Assembly (NCBI GenBank): GCA_036172245.1 | Contig: JAYWIR010000003.1 | Location: 2,418,001-2,482,000, forward strand | Direction of reading: 5' to 3' | DNA: 64,000 nt | From: Raillietiella orientalis | Lineage: Eukaryota | Part shown: in pieces, positions 1 to 12,570 of the stretch | Layout: each line of letters opens with the position of its first letter | Position numbering within the stretch: the stretch's first letter is position 1 | Notes under the pieces: generated by a model | What the model was told of the DNA's origin: nothing | Databases searched by the model: none | Seen by the model: only the letters and a program-made list of their open reading frames with translations | Translations under genes and position numbers: made by a program

Positions 1-2356
1 GCTTCTTCGGTGACGGGAAAGAAGAGAAGCTCTCCGGTCTCCCTGCTTCCCCTTGGCCCGGGCGAGCCACCCGCCGGTCGCCCACGGAGCTCTGCGGCTG
101 CGCAGAACGCTGCCTCCGCTTCGCCGGTCACCCTGGACGACCCCGCGAGGTGCGCCGCGCCCCGCGGATGGAACCGCATCCGCCGGGGCTCGTCGCCCTT
201 CCGCCTTGGACTCGTTCCGCGGAAGGAGAGCCACGAAGGCGCCTCCCTGCTGGCCCCTACCTTGGAAGGCCCGCGCGTCGCTTCGAAATTGAAGAGATTG
301 CGGGCGGCCCGCTCCTGTGCCACATTTCAGCCGGCGGGGGGGAGGGGGAGGGAAATGAAATTTCCCCGAGAGAGCCGGAGCTCCCGGCCGTCTGCGAGAA
401 GGGAGCAGATGGAGGGAGCACGCTGTCCGCCGGGAATCCCGCGCCGCATGAGGAGCGACCCGGGGAACCCTGTAACGTCATCGGATCGCCTGCTTGCCCT
501 GCGGTGGCGAGTCCGCTCCTCCAGGCTGCTGGTTCCTCCCGGGGCCACCCGAATTCCCCCTCGAAGATTACCTCCTACGCTAACACCGACCGCCTCCACC
601 GGATGCCCGCGATCTGCTTATGAGGCTTTTATTTCCATGGTGATTGGACTGGGAATGGGCGCCTGTTCATCCCATGATGGCTCCATTTGCGGCACCGTCG
701 AGGAACGGCTCATCGTGCTCTTTAACGAATTTCCTAATTTATGGTCTGATCCGCGTATCCTGTTGTTTCAACAGGAGTAATCATAAAGCAGGGAGAGGCG
801 TTCCTGTGGGATTTGTTCGAGAAAAATCCTGAAGTTCCGCTTCGGGATGGTATCTACTTTCCTCATGATGAAGTCCGAGCCAGAACCGGATGAAGAGCAA
901 CTTTCCAGGCATAATTGCCTTTCGATCCCGATTGATTGCTCCTGGGACTCGAAACCTCCGGAGTATCTTTTGGAAAAACGGTATATGGACTCTTCGCGAT
1001 CCTCCAGGACTTCTTCCGCGTTGGTAATTCGGGCGGAGGATTCCTCGCTCTTTGTCTGGCTCCCTTCTTCTCAGTCCTCGCGAGATATCGCAAGGGTGAA
1101 GGAGGAGGCCGGGGCTTGCGCCGCACTTCCGAGCCCTCCGGAAGTTCTCCCAATGAATCACCGGGATCTCGGCCGCAGGGAGTTCACCGTCCTGCGCGGT
1201 TCCAGCGCAGCACGCCGCTCTGCTCCCCCCCGGGACGGGACATGGAGGACGATCGGATTACCACCAGGATCCGTTTTGTTTTTATTTTTATTTTTTTCTT
1301 TGGACGGGAGGAAGTGACGTCGCCTTTGAGAAATGTCTTCCGAACGAGCGGGTAGGAAGCGCTGGGGGAAACCGTCTGATAGGAGGAGGAGCGGGACCAA
1401 TCGCCGAGTCTGATCACCAGCTGACGCGCATCACCGACGTGGCGCCCGCCCGTCACAGGCGAGAGGGCGACTCTTCGACCAGACTTGCACAGGCAGCAGC
1501 ACCCCAGAGGGGGGAGGAGGAGTCCCTCACCACGCCGAAGCCGTCGCCATGGAGCAGGGGAGGAAGGGGGGAGGGGAAGGCAAAATCGGGGGGGGAACCG
1601 GAAAACGGGAGGAAGAAATTCCTCTCTCGAAAGATCTGGTGATCGAGAAATCTCTCTGCTGCTGCGGCAGCGGGGGGAAGAGCGACCGTCCTCCCTCTTA
1701 GTTCCCGTTTTTTTTTTTTCTTCAGCCCTCCTCTCTCCGAACGGTGGGGGTCGGTTCCGAGAACGACGTGACGGGAAATCCTTTCCCCTCCCGTTCCCGG
1801 GTGGGGGGAGAGCTCGTAGGCTGGAAGCTTTGAGGAGGAAGGGAAAAGGAACTCGGCCCTCACCCAACTTGGCAGGGCAGAAGAGGGAAAAAAAAAAAAA
1901 AAAAGTTTTCTCGCATCCGCGCAGCCTCCCTCCTCCTCCAGGATTCTTCTTCCCGATACGGTTCTTCCGTATAATTTCCCGATTTGCAGCCTTCCCGCTC
2001 CACCAGCGCTCATCAGGGCGATGAATACATCAGGGAGGAGCCGAGCCAATGGGACGATGAAAAATGGCCGGAGCTCAGATGTATGCACGAATAAGAAATA
2101 TGTACGGAGAACACTTTGTACAGTGTATATCTATCATTCCCTGGGAAAGCAGGAATATTGATCGGAAGGCGCAGTAAGCAAGGAGCCGGGGAACAACCTA
2201 TTCGTCTTTTCTGGAGGCTTTCACTTCCTGTTTCGCTGATTTATCGTTTTCGACAAAATGATGAAGGAATCCACAGAGATTGCGAGGCGGAAGGAGAATT
2301 AGCGAAACATGGGAGCGAGGGGGGGGGGAGAGAGAACGGGAAGAGAAGGGGAGGGA

Positions 2357-2376
2357 AGAGAGAGAGAGAGGGAGAG

Positions 2377-2407
<31 letters not shown>
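2357..2407. repeat. (GA)n microsatellite, interrupted
   Basis: Direct reading. Confidence 0.9.
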
Positions 2408-2410
<3 letters not shown>

Positions 2411-5223
2411 GGAAAACCAGAGGAGATCGATAATTTCTCTGCTCTTCCTCCCCTCCCCCTTCCTTCCCTTCTTCCTCCCGCCTGGGAAGAACCACTAGGA
2501 ACGCGGCGAAGAGAGAAGAAAGAGAGAAGAATCCTCGACTCTTCCTCGTCCTCCCCTCCGAAAATTCGGACGCCTCCATCTGGGGCTCGAGGTCAGAGGA
2601 AGGTCGGAATTCTTCCTACGGACGCGTGTAGGAAGGTAGGCTCGCGCGCGACGGCTCCGTGGCGCCGAGGAAGGCCTCCACTTCCTCGGCCGCCTGGCGA
2701 GGGGCCATGCCGGCCAGAAACCTCGAATCCTCCCCGCCGGTGGTCGTGAGCGTCGGCGCGAGAACGGGAGGGAGAGGACGGGCGAAGGCCACCCTCGCCG
2801 CGTGGGTCAAGGCACGCTTCGGTGCTGTCGGTGCTGTGGGAGCTCGGCAGAGCCGGTGGCGCTGCAACGCTCTCCAGGCGTGATTTCCGACTTTTTCTGA
2901 AGAGCCCCCACGTGGCGCGCCCCGTACGGGCGACTGAGCCAGGGCGGATCTTCTGCGTCCTTCAGAGTCGGCACACCTTTGTTCTGCAAGGGCTGGGCGC
3001 ACCAAAACGTACCGCCCCTTCGGGCACGGGCATTCACAAGCCGTATGCAACCAACCCCGATCCTGATGCCACGGGAGAAAGCTGGCTGTCACTGCAGCTC
3101 CAGTGTCACCCGGGAATGCCGGAGGCCTCGGAACTCTCACGCTCGGTGCAGCGCGCTTTACCAGCGCGTCCCTCACATTTGCATCCACGGTTCACTCTTG
3201 GCAGATGCGTTGCCGTGCATCCAAATGCGCAAAGTCGCCTCGACTCGTGACGTGCGGCAGGATTTTGGCGCGGTTGTCGACTGAGACTCGAGTGACCAGC
3301 AGAGGAACCTCCGCAGCGCCTCCTTGCACGCGACGAGCTCGAATCCAGGGATTGAGGAATCTCGTCGTAACAAGGTTTCATGAGAAAGAGGTCGCTCCAT
3401 CAGTGGAGTGGGAAGCGTATCTCCCTCCGGTGGAATGATGCTCCTTTCCAGAGTGAAGAAGGGGCTATGCGAGACCTCTCCGCGACGGATCACGCTGGCA
3501 ACCGCATCCGAAGGACACGCGTCAATGATCTCCGCTCTCAATCGCTCCTCAGGCAGCAGCGTAGAACGCAAACGCTTTTGGAAACGGAGGTGATCCCAAT
3601 TGCGAAAGTGGATCTCACCGCTGGCAAACGGGCGGTGTCGAAAGCCTGGACACGGCGATCGAAGGAATCCTAGCCTTTCTCGTCACTGTAGATCGTCACG
3701 AGAAGAAGCATCGTCGTCTTCTTGCTCTCGGCCTCGCAAGTCTCCCCTGCGGTTGTTTCGTCATCAGAAGCAGTCTGTCGAAGCGCTTCGCTCTTGGCGT
3801 CGGAAAGGTGGTGCTTTTGAGGCGATGGAGGAGGCCCAGTCCACCTAGCAAGCAGACCATGGAGACCTCAGCTACGCGGGTGTGTGCCTGTATTGAAAAC
3901 CGAATGCTCCTGCAGCTGTGAGAATCAAATCGCTCCTGAGCTCATGGCCGTACAGGAAGCAGCCAAATCAGGGACAGTTGCTGCTCATAGGGAAATGCAA
4001 ATTTGTAATTATCGAGACTGGAAATAAGTCCCTTAAAAGCAGGCAACTAATTGAGGGTTTCTCCCAATTTTCAGCCTTCATTGTAAATCATCCTGACAAT
4101 GCAAAGAAAGCAAGGTTTCTCGTGTCTCGAGGTACACGAACGCATACGTGTGTACAGAAGATGTATACGTCTAAAAGCATACAAGCTTTTGTGCATGAAT
4201 ATGTTCTTACACCCATGCTGGCTCGGCATGCATCTTTGCTCAATCAGTGCCATGTGGTTTTACGTGCCCAACAAAGTCCATCACCAACGCTGCAGCAGTG
4301 AACTGTTATCCCTTTTTTTTTCCAAGGGAGCTCTCCACTTTAGATTTCAGGTTGCCGTCTCCAGCCGAATCATGAAGAAGTACCGAAGTGCGGATCAGGT
4401 GGAAATCACGAACCTGAAACAGTGATGAGCTGCACGGAGTGTTTTATGAAGAGCCAGAAATTGATGTTTCCCCGATATGTGCACTTGCTCACATTGCTAT
4501 AAGGCGTGCTCACTCCCTTCTTCCGGAATCGCTTCATTCCCTCTTTAGTAGTCCATGTTCAGAGATGCGACTCGAGGCCTTCACCACGTGCTTCAGTCTG
4601 GTCCAGTCGGTTCGGATGTCTTCGGCCACTGCCTTATATCAGGAGAATCACTTACACACCTACTGAGGCACTTGATCGTAAAGTCTTTGCCGATCCGAGT
4701 CATTTGCAGATCATTGCCATTTAGTCCCATCGTGTTTTCTGCGCTGACCGTGGGCATTCTTTCCCTACTTGGGAGCACCTCCCTTTCATAGTAGTGCGGG
4801 CACTTCTTAACGAAATTGCGTCCGCGTCCTGCTATTGGGTTGAATCCTTTTTCATTTCACTACTACTGCTAGCATTGTGGACAAGAACAGTTGGGAAAAT
4901 GAAACGAGGAAATAGTTATCGGTCGCTGTTAAAAGGGCTTATCAAGTAGAATATGGGGTTTTCCATGTGGAAGGATCGGAACAAGAGACTGAAGCCTCTG
5001 TGCTGCGTCAAGAATGTGTGGGAAACCCCCTGAGCTATTAGAAACAGGTGACCAAGATGTTCCCTAAGAATAGGCCAGCTGAGGTGATGGACCCATTCCA
5101 TGAAAGATTCCTCATTTCGTGTGGCAGGCACCTAACATCTCATAAACTCATTATGTGAGTGATGGGATGGTAAATAAATGGCCACTAGGCCCCCAAGGCG
5201 TTTCGAAGGAGGGCACGCGGTAA

Positions 5224-5260
5224 TGTCTTGCATAGTTGATGGAATCAACTATGCAAGACA
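5224..5260. repeat. Perfect inverted repeat, 17-bp arms, 3-nt loop
   Basis: TGTCTTGCATAGTTGAT-GGA-ATCAACTATGCAAGACA. Confidence 0.95.
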
Positions 5261-8200
5261 AAATGGACTTATGGATGTCAGTTCTGATGGTTAATCTAGT
5301 ATATTAATTGAACGATGTAATTTGTATCCTTGCACATCCACATGGTCTATCCAGGGATGTACGAAGGACTAAAACGGGAGCTCGAGAATGTGGGAAGGGA
5401 TTTTGAAAGTGCATTTCGACGAAATTCCCTTTTAGCTCGATTCTGTGAGGAAGGATGCAGGGCTAAGGACCAACATCAGCCACTATTCCAGCTTCCCACA
5501 CGGACACCTCAGGGCTTTTTTAACTGCAAGGTGGAACTGCACAGGTTTATCTCGTGTAGAACAAAGAATAAGATGCACTGTCGTTCGAGGTGCTTCCTCA
5601 TTCTGGGTGATGGAATCATTTCGGGATGACGGGCATATGGAACGTTGGTGGACAATCCGAAGATTGTAAGCCCTCTTTCATTTCTTCAAATTTGAAGCGA
5701 TATGCATTCATTCATAATAATTGCAGTTGTTCGCAGCATTCCATTTAAGCAAATGACCAAATAGTTGTTTCCGGCAGTTTCGTTAGCTTTGTCTCCGTGT
5801 CTCACTAAAGTTTTCTCTTCGAGGAAGTTTGTCCGAAAGAACTTCGCTCGCTTTGAGCAAACAAATGAATTCTATCCTTCACGAGCGTAAACTTCTGTGA
5901 TGCCCCAGGACCCCCTGCCATCGTCCACGAGCGGCTATTTCCAAAATCAAATGGAACGGACTTTGAAGTCCCGATTTCGGTTTGAAACGAAACATCCGCG
6001 GAGGAAACTCGCCACTTAATTCATCGGGTGGACGCGATGGGTGTTTGCCATCATGCGTGATGCGGAGGAGGAATGAATTCCGCCCTTCCATGCATCCTGT
6101 CGTCGGCAAAAGGTGAAAGCAACAAACCGTCATGGATCCTCCCCCCTTTCCCCCCTGCTCCCGCTACATAAGCGCGAGTCTTCCACGGCATGATGAGTGA
6201 GATAATCGATCGCTGCATGTCCTTCCCTGGAATTCTTTCTGGAGCCTGTGCTGTAGCTGACGATTAAGCTAAGAGGACACGGTTTTGCATCTGGAGTATC
6301 GTGGAGCCTGCGGCGATGCAAAGGAAATTAAAAAAGCACGACTGCGAGACCCTGTGGAAGAGCATGTGGACACTCACGGTCGTTGGAAATTCGCCTGCTC
6401 TCCAGTGCTTTCTCGATTACATGCATTATTTCTCCTGATAAATGGATAATTAGATAATTAGCACTGGGAAACCGTTCGTTTCGAAGACAAGGGGAAAGTG
6501 ATATCTTGTAAAAACTGAGTCGTCGCTGCATTCCGGAGTCAAGCAATCTTAGCGCTTCCAACTAGGGAAAACGTTGCCAGGGACCAGAAACTGGAAGACC
6601 GCCTTCGTGCCCTGGGTGTGCCTGATTTCTGGAATTCCGAGCGCCCTTGATGAGCTTCGCTTCTAACTCGAGTCAACAGCTGAAAATCGAAAACAAATTG
6701 GGAGGAGGACGTTCCAAAGATGCAGTCCTTTTGCACACTTTCAGTAAAGCAGAACGCGAGTTTGCCCGTCTTTTCTCAAACCCACGCGCAAGAGCATTCA
6801 AAGAGACACCGGAGTTATATAGATCAACTTAAAATCTGATGCAGCTGCAAATTCGCTCATCCGAAATTGAAACGAATCTCCCAATTCTCACAATACGAAA
6901 AGAGCAGCGTGCGGTTACAGCCGACGCCTTACGTTAGAAAGGAAAATCCGTTCTATGATTTCCTTAAGGCGATTTCAGTGACCGCTTTTCCTATCGAATT
7001 TCCATCAAAACTGAATCCTTGAGGACATGCCTTCGTTTTTCTACCAGTCGTTTTAACTTTCCCAGAGCTGCCGAAACGCTGTCGTGTCCTTTCGCTGCAG
7101 ATCATTGGAAAATTATGTGGTCATCTCCGTGCAGAGTCCAGCTCCTCCAAATCCGGCAAAGCACAGAGATCGTGCCTTCTGTACAGGGGGAGCAGCTCCG
7201 TTTTGCTTTCAGCAAAAGAGTCGCAGACTGGCTTTGAACGCGAAAGTCTTTTAGCTCCGGTTCCATCGCTTTCACCGTTGCCTAGCAATTCTTCTCTGCG
7301 ACGGTCTGCCAATTCTGCTGACGCTCGTGATACCTGGTTCCCCCCACAAAATGCGTATTTTTCCTCGGACTCCAGTTCGACAGCATCTCTTTGTTTTCCA
7401 TTGTGTCCTAACTGCTGAAAGTGGCTTCTGCAGATGTGCGGGGCAGAAGACAGCTCCCAATTATTTCGCCCGTGGAATCAAAAACTGCTCTTGCGAATTT
7501 TCTCTCAGGAGCAGCATATTTTCAAAGTTTCAAATACCGGAAGAAGTAGCAAAACTGCTTCCACTTTAAATTCCTCCTCCAGGAGAAGCGGTTTTCTATT
7601 TTTGTAGTTTTATTTCTTTTTCGATTCGACTGGGACGTGAGGGGGAACCAAACTTCAAGCAGTTCCTCACAAGGGTACCTGACAAAGCTCTGCGGGCTTC
7701 GACGACCATCAAGCGATTCAGATGTAGGCAGGCTCCCCGTAATATACGCATCTGTTTAGCTGCTGTAAATAAGTTCCAGTACTCCTCCGCCAATTTCAGA
7801 TGGAACATCTGAAATTCTTTCTCTTCGATGGGCATGGTAACGCGTCCATTGCGCCGCGGGATTGCCACGGTGGCGAGAGCGATGGGGAGCGATTTTTTTT
7901 TTTTCTTTTGCAGTTCCGATCCAGCGAGCGCACAGCACCAGCAGCTTCAGGAAGAGTGCGGCTCTCGAAAGCACTCTTGAAGCGACAGGCAGTCCTCAAG
8001 TCCAAGTCTTCAATCGGCTGCATCGCACGAAGACACTACGCAGACAGTCTTCCTGAACAGCAGTTGTCGTACGCTCTATGCAAATAGACCAAACGTCTCG
8101 AATACAAAGCTCTCGACTTATCCCTTGTTAAGCGTTGTGATGGTAACGGTGATGGATGCCCCTGAAAAGTGATGTTCAGCACTTGGGAACGGAGTAAATC

Positions 8201-10265
8201 CTGAAAGTCAAAATGCTGGCGGAGAGTTTCGTCTTTGACGCCGGGTTTTGTTTTCTTAGGGAAGATGAAAGGGGTGGCAATTCACGACGTGAGGCTTTCC
8301 TGAAAAAAAAAGAAACCTTGATAATATAGCCTTGACAGGCTTCCCAGTTTTTAAACGAATCAAATATGCATCAGCGGAAGGCGGAGGAGGAAGCTGCAGT
8401 AATCGAAGCTTGACCAAGGAGCGGGAGGAAGGGTCCCAGTTGCTCCGGATTTGAATGCGGAATGCACTGCGAGAGCTGGGTGCGGTGATGTCAGAGGAGG
8501 AGATCAGGAACGAAAATCCGGCGAATTTTCACGCATGGCTTATTTTTGCCTGCGACCTCCTGCTGTATCCGCACATCTCGTCGCGATCCCTGGGCTGCGC
8601 CTGCTCCGGCTGCGGGACCGCCCCACTGAACGGTGCCCTGGCAACGCAGCCGGTGCACGCATCCGGCTCCTCCGATCGCAGGCGGACAACAGCTCCAGGC
8701 GTCACGCGGACCGGCTCCCGATGGATTCATCCAAAGGTGGCGCGCGTTCGGGAAGGGGGCGTTCCGAGGTCCAAAGCCGCCCTCCCCGGCCACGGAAGCT
8801 GCAGCGCCTGCTTGCGATCGAACGGGAACCTTCGCCGACAAATTGCTCCCGGAAAGACCGGATCGTCCATTCGGTCGGCCGGCTCTCCCTCACCAGTTCC
8901 CTGTCCGCTTCGAAGGTTCTCCTGTAGCTGGCTGGGATTAACGAGAGCTGCTGCGCGCCCATCCGAAATCTCCCGATCGCGGGTGACTACGGGACTATGT
9001 ATGGATTATGATTGTAACCTCACCTGCGCTTTGCAGGCGTGCAGTCAAGAGCTACAGTGAGGAATGGACGCTATTAATTTTCAAGTTTTCGCAGAGGGTT
9101 TCGTTCGTTCTTTTCTCTCTTTTTTTTTTTTTTTTTTGCCTCTCATGCCGCCATTTGGCACCTTCTTTCTAAATGATGTTTTCATCCGCGAGCCTCGTGT
9201 CCGCTTCCACAGCATCCTGTTTCCATACTTGGGATAATTTCCATGTTGAAGGATATAGTTTGCGCTTCGCAGGAAGACGGCAGCGAATTTCGCAGGGGAA
9301 AAAAAACGTCGCGCAAGGGTGACGAATGACACGCGGATGCAAGACACGGTTATCCGTTCAGCTTGCACGCAATTCGACAACAGCTTCTGTTTGCATCATC
9401 AAGATGCAGGAAGGACCCATTGATAAATGGAGCAGGCGTTTTCGCCAGGGATCCCGACTTAGCGCGACATTAGGGCATGGCATGGGGGTGCTTTCGTATC
9501 CGCATCTCCAGAAGTGCCTTCCTGAGGCTTGACGTGAGTCAAATTTCTTCCTCGGGTTTACCAGGAGTCTCGGGAGCAGCTGTCAGTGAACTTATCGTCG
9601 AGCACCCACACCATCTCGTCTCGGAAGGCTCGCGATGGGGAACCGCCCCGATTGAAAAATGAATTATATTTTATTTTTGGAAAAATCTCCGCCGCATCCT
9701 CTCGCGCCCTCTGCTGCGGAAATCTTGGGCTGAAGGCCCGGGAAAAGCGAAACGCCGAGAACTCGTCTCCTTCCTGCGCTTCTCTTTCAAGTCTTCATCG
9801 TTCAAAGGAGAACCTCCCGCGCCTCCAGACCCTTTTTCCTTTCTGTTTGGCTGCCAGGATCGCTGATTCCCAAACGTTCCCGAGTGCGCTTCCCGCAGCA
9901 TTTTCGTTCGTCGGGGACGTAAGCAGGAGTGGCCGCGTGGAACCCTCCAGGAGGACATATCCTAGGTTGGGAAGCGCGCACTCGAGACGTCCATCTTTCT
10001 GGAAGAAAACCTACGGAAAAAAAAAAAAAAAAAAAAAAAAAACAAGAACGTCGGTTCCCAGGAATGGCTCTTGCATCCGGACGCCGTCTGGGACTCAGAC
10101 AGATGGTCCGGTAAATCCAGCACCCGCCTGAAAGGGACTTACAAAAATTCTTCGAATTAACGAATGTTCTAGATTCCGAGCGTTCCCAACACTTCCTTCA
10201 TATCTTCCGGAACGTTTGCATTGCCTTTAATAATGCACGCGAAGCATTAAAATTTAATACGGCAC

Positions 10266-10830
10266 AACGGTGGAGAGAGAATCTTTCGTCGCTCCCTCCC
10301 GTTGCTGGGATGGTGGACAGGGAGTTTCACGGCAGCACAGATGGACGAATGGGGTTTCCCATGGTTGCGGGAACAATGGAGAGGTTTTTTTCGGTTGCTG
10401 CGATGGTGGACAAGGAGATTCCCCATTCCTAGTTCGGTGGACTAGGATTTTTACGGTTGCCACAGTGGTGGACAGGGGGGTTCTCTACTGCTGCAATGAT
10501 GGGCTGGGGTTTTCACGATTGCTGCAGTGGTAGGTGGGTGGGGTTTTCGTGGCTGGTGGAATGGTGAAAAATGAGTTTTTACCGTTGCCACAGTGGTGAA
10601 CAGGGGCTTTTCTTTGTTGTTGCGGTGGCGAACTGGGAATTTCACGATTGCTGCAATGGTGGACTGGGGCTTTCTCTGGGTCGCTGGAATGGTGTACAAG
10701 GAGTTTTACGGTTGCCATGATGGTGGACAGGGATTTTCCTGGTTTTCACCGTGATGGGCAGGGTTTTTTCTGCTGCTGCAGTGGTGGACTGAGATTTTAA
10801 TGATTGCAGCTGCGGCGGATGGGAGGTTCT
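10266..10830. repeat. Degenerate minisatellite, about 31-bp unit, about 17-18 copies
   Basis: Recurring unit close to TGGTGGACAGGGGTTTTTACGGTTGCTGCAA, head-to-tail with no spacers. Confidence 0.85.
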
Positions 10831-12029
10831 CACAAAAATGTGTTTTCTGGGTGCCAACGAAAAATGGCAGTCTAGTCTCAAGAAAAGCTACTCACACTCG
10901 CTTTTACCCTGAGAAATAGATGCTCAGGGAGCAATTGCTGGAGAAATTGTGGACAGAAAGCGGAGGTGGATAGCACTTGAGAGCGTTGTTCACCAATACA
11001 GCATTCAGTCGACTCTTTGGAAGTTGTGAGGCAGCATTCAGCGCCCTCCTGTCTTGACCAGCCTCTGTCGGCTAAATAGCAACAGCCCGTTGTAGAAATG
11101 GAGTGTCGAGAGAGAGAACCTTCAGGAGCGATTTGAAAATTTGGAAAGCAGCAAAGACATTTTTAATGGCGACTGGCTGATGCAGACGCGGGGCGTCGTC
11201 ACTTAGTAACGCATCTTGATCGGCATCGTGGAAGCAGGCGTATGCGGGGCATGGAGAGTTCTAGCTTGCATTAAATTCAGGTCTCCCTCCCGAGTTCGAG
11301 CATTTTGGATGCAGCCTGCTCCTCAAATGCTGGAAAACCCAACCAACATCCGTTCGGGAACTTCGCCGCGAGCCAGGAGGCAGCGCACAAATCCACGGTG
11401 GATGTGAAGTGCCCTCGCGAATGAAACTCCAAAGTCGAGAAGGCTGCGATCTCCAGAAATGGTTGTATGCGGCTCCGGAGAGGATGCGGACACTGAGAGA
11501 TCAATAAGCTGTGTTGCGGCCGTTTTTCTCGAGCCACGTGTGTTTCTTCCTGAGAAAAGAGTAGCGTGCAGTCGCGTAAGGCTGCAGATTCCCCTTCCAA
11601 GTAACAAAAGGGGGATCGATGCTTCCTCCCTCCCTCTCCTTTCTCCTCTGAGCCTCTTCTACAGACTGCCGCGTCCTCTATGGAGGCAGGCGATTTTCCA
11701 CGGCGCCCCCCACGCGTTTGGAGTGTTTGAAAGATACGTGCGAGCTTCGAAAGATGCCCGACGAGAAGCAGATGAGACGCTGGTGACGATGATGCAGGCA
11801 GGCACCTTGGTATTCCTGAGCGCGGTTTCAGAGTGGGAAATTCTTGCTCAGTCTTCCCCTAACCTTCTTCGACGGCTGACGTACAAGGTACTTCGCCCGA
11901 TTAAGGAACCGCCAAGTGCTCCAGAACAGTTCGCCTAGGAGCTTACGAAACTCTTCAACACTGTCCCACGCCACCCGAGAGTGCGTGTTGATTCTTCAAG
12001 TTACGGAGTACCCCAGGGGGGACCGCCAT

Positions 12030-12570
12030 ACGATTCCAGGAAGGGCTCCGGAGGGAGGAGTCCGTTTCTCTCACGCTTGGTGGGGAACCCCCGAAGGGAA
12101 CCTCTTCCTCATTCTCTCCGAATTGACTCCCCCCATCCCCCCCACTCCCCCGAAAAGGATCCGCTCCTTGTTTTTCCTCCTCTGAAGAAAACCCCGAAGG
12201 GCGCTTCCCAATTTCTCACAGGAGCGCGTTTTCCGAAGGGAGTAGCGCGTTTCACGCGCGCACTCTGCAGAGGCAACCTCCAACGGGAGCACCAAACAGC
12301 TCCAATGATGTCCTTGATGTCCTGGAAGGACCCCGGAAGGCCAGCTTCCAAATCCCGGTCAGGCGACGGGGGCAACAGGGGTTTCCGGCTTCCACCAGTG
12401 CCGCGTCCGGAACCTATCGGCCTACCAGCGTCATCCTGCGGGAAGGGAGTGGGAATCCAGCATGCACTCACTTCTCTGCCATCAATCCTTCCGCCGGTGG
12501 GGTTCGAACCCGCAGTGCTTGGAGACCGCTTGCTCACTCGCGCTGCTGCCGATGCTCAAGCAACGCGGAT
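12030..12570 (-). mobile_element. Probable tRNA-derived SINE, copy A (tRNA-like head at 12569-12490)
   Basis: The minus-strand head has a B-box GGTTCGAACCC and TCCGC...GCGGA end pairing over about 80 nt. The body is collinear with 28625-29030 (shared GAGTAGCGCGTTT and TCCTGGAAGGACCCCGGA). Boundaries approximate; no TSD identified. Confidence 0.55.

Noticed and set aside
10266..10830. CRISPR-like array
   Set aside because: Units are contiguous and degenerate with no unique spacers, there are no cas genes, and the context is eukaryotic.
12490..12569. Functional tRNA gene
   Set aside because: Only the B-box/T-arm and part of the acceptor stem fit. There is no clear D-arm or anticodon arm, and it is attached to a repeated body, so a SINE head is more likely.
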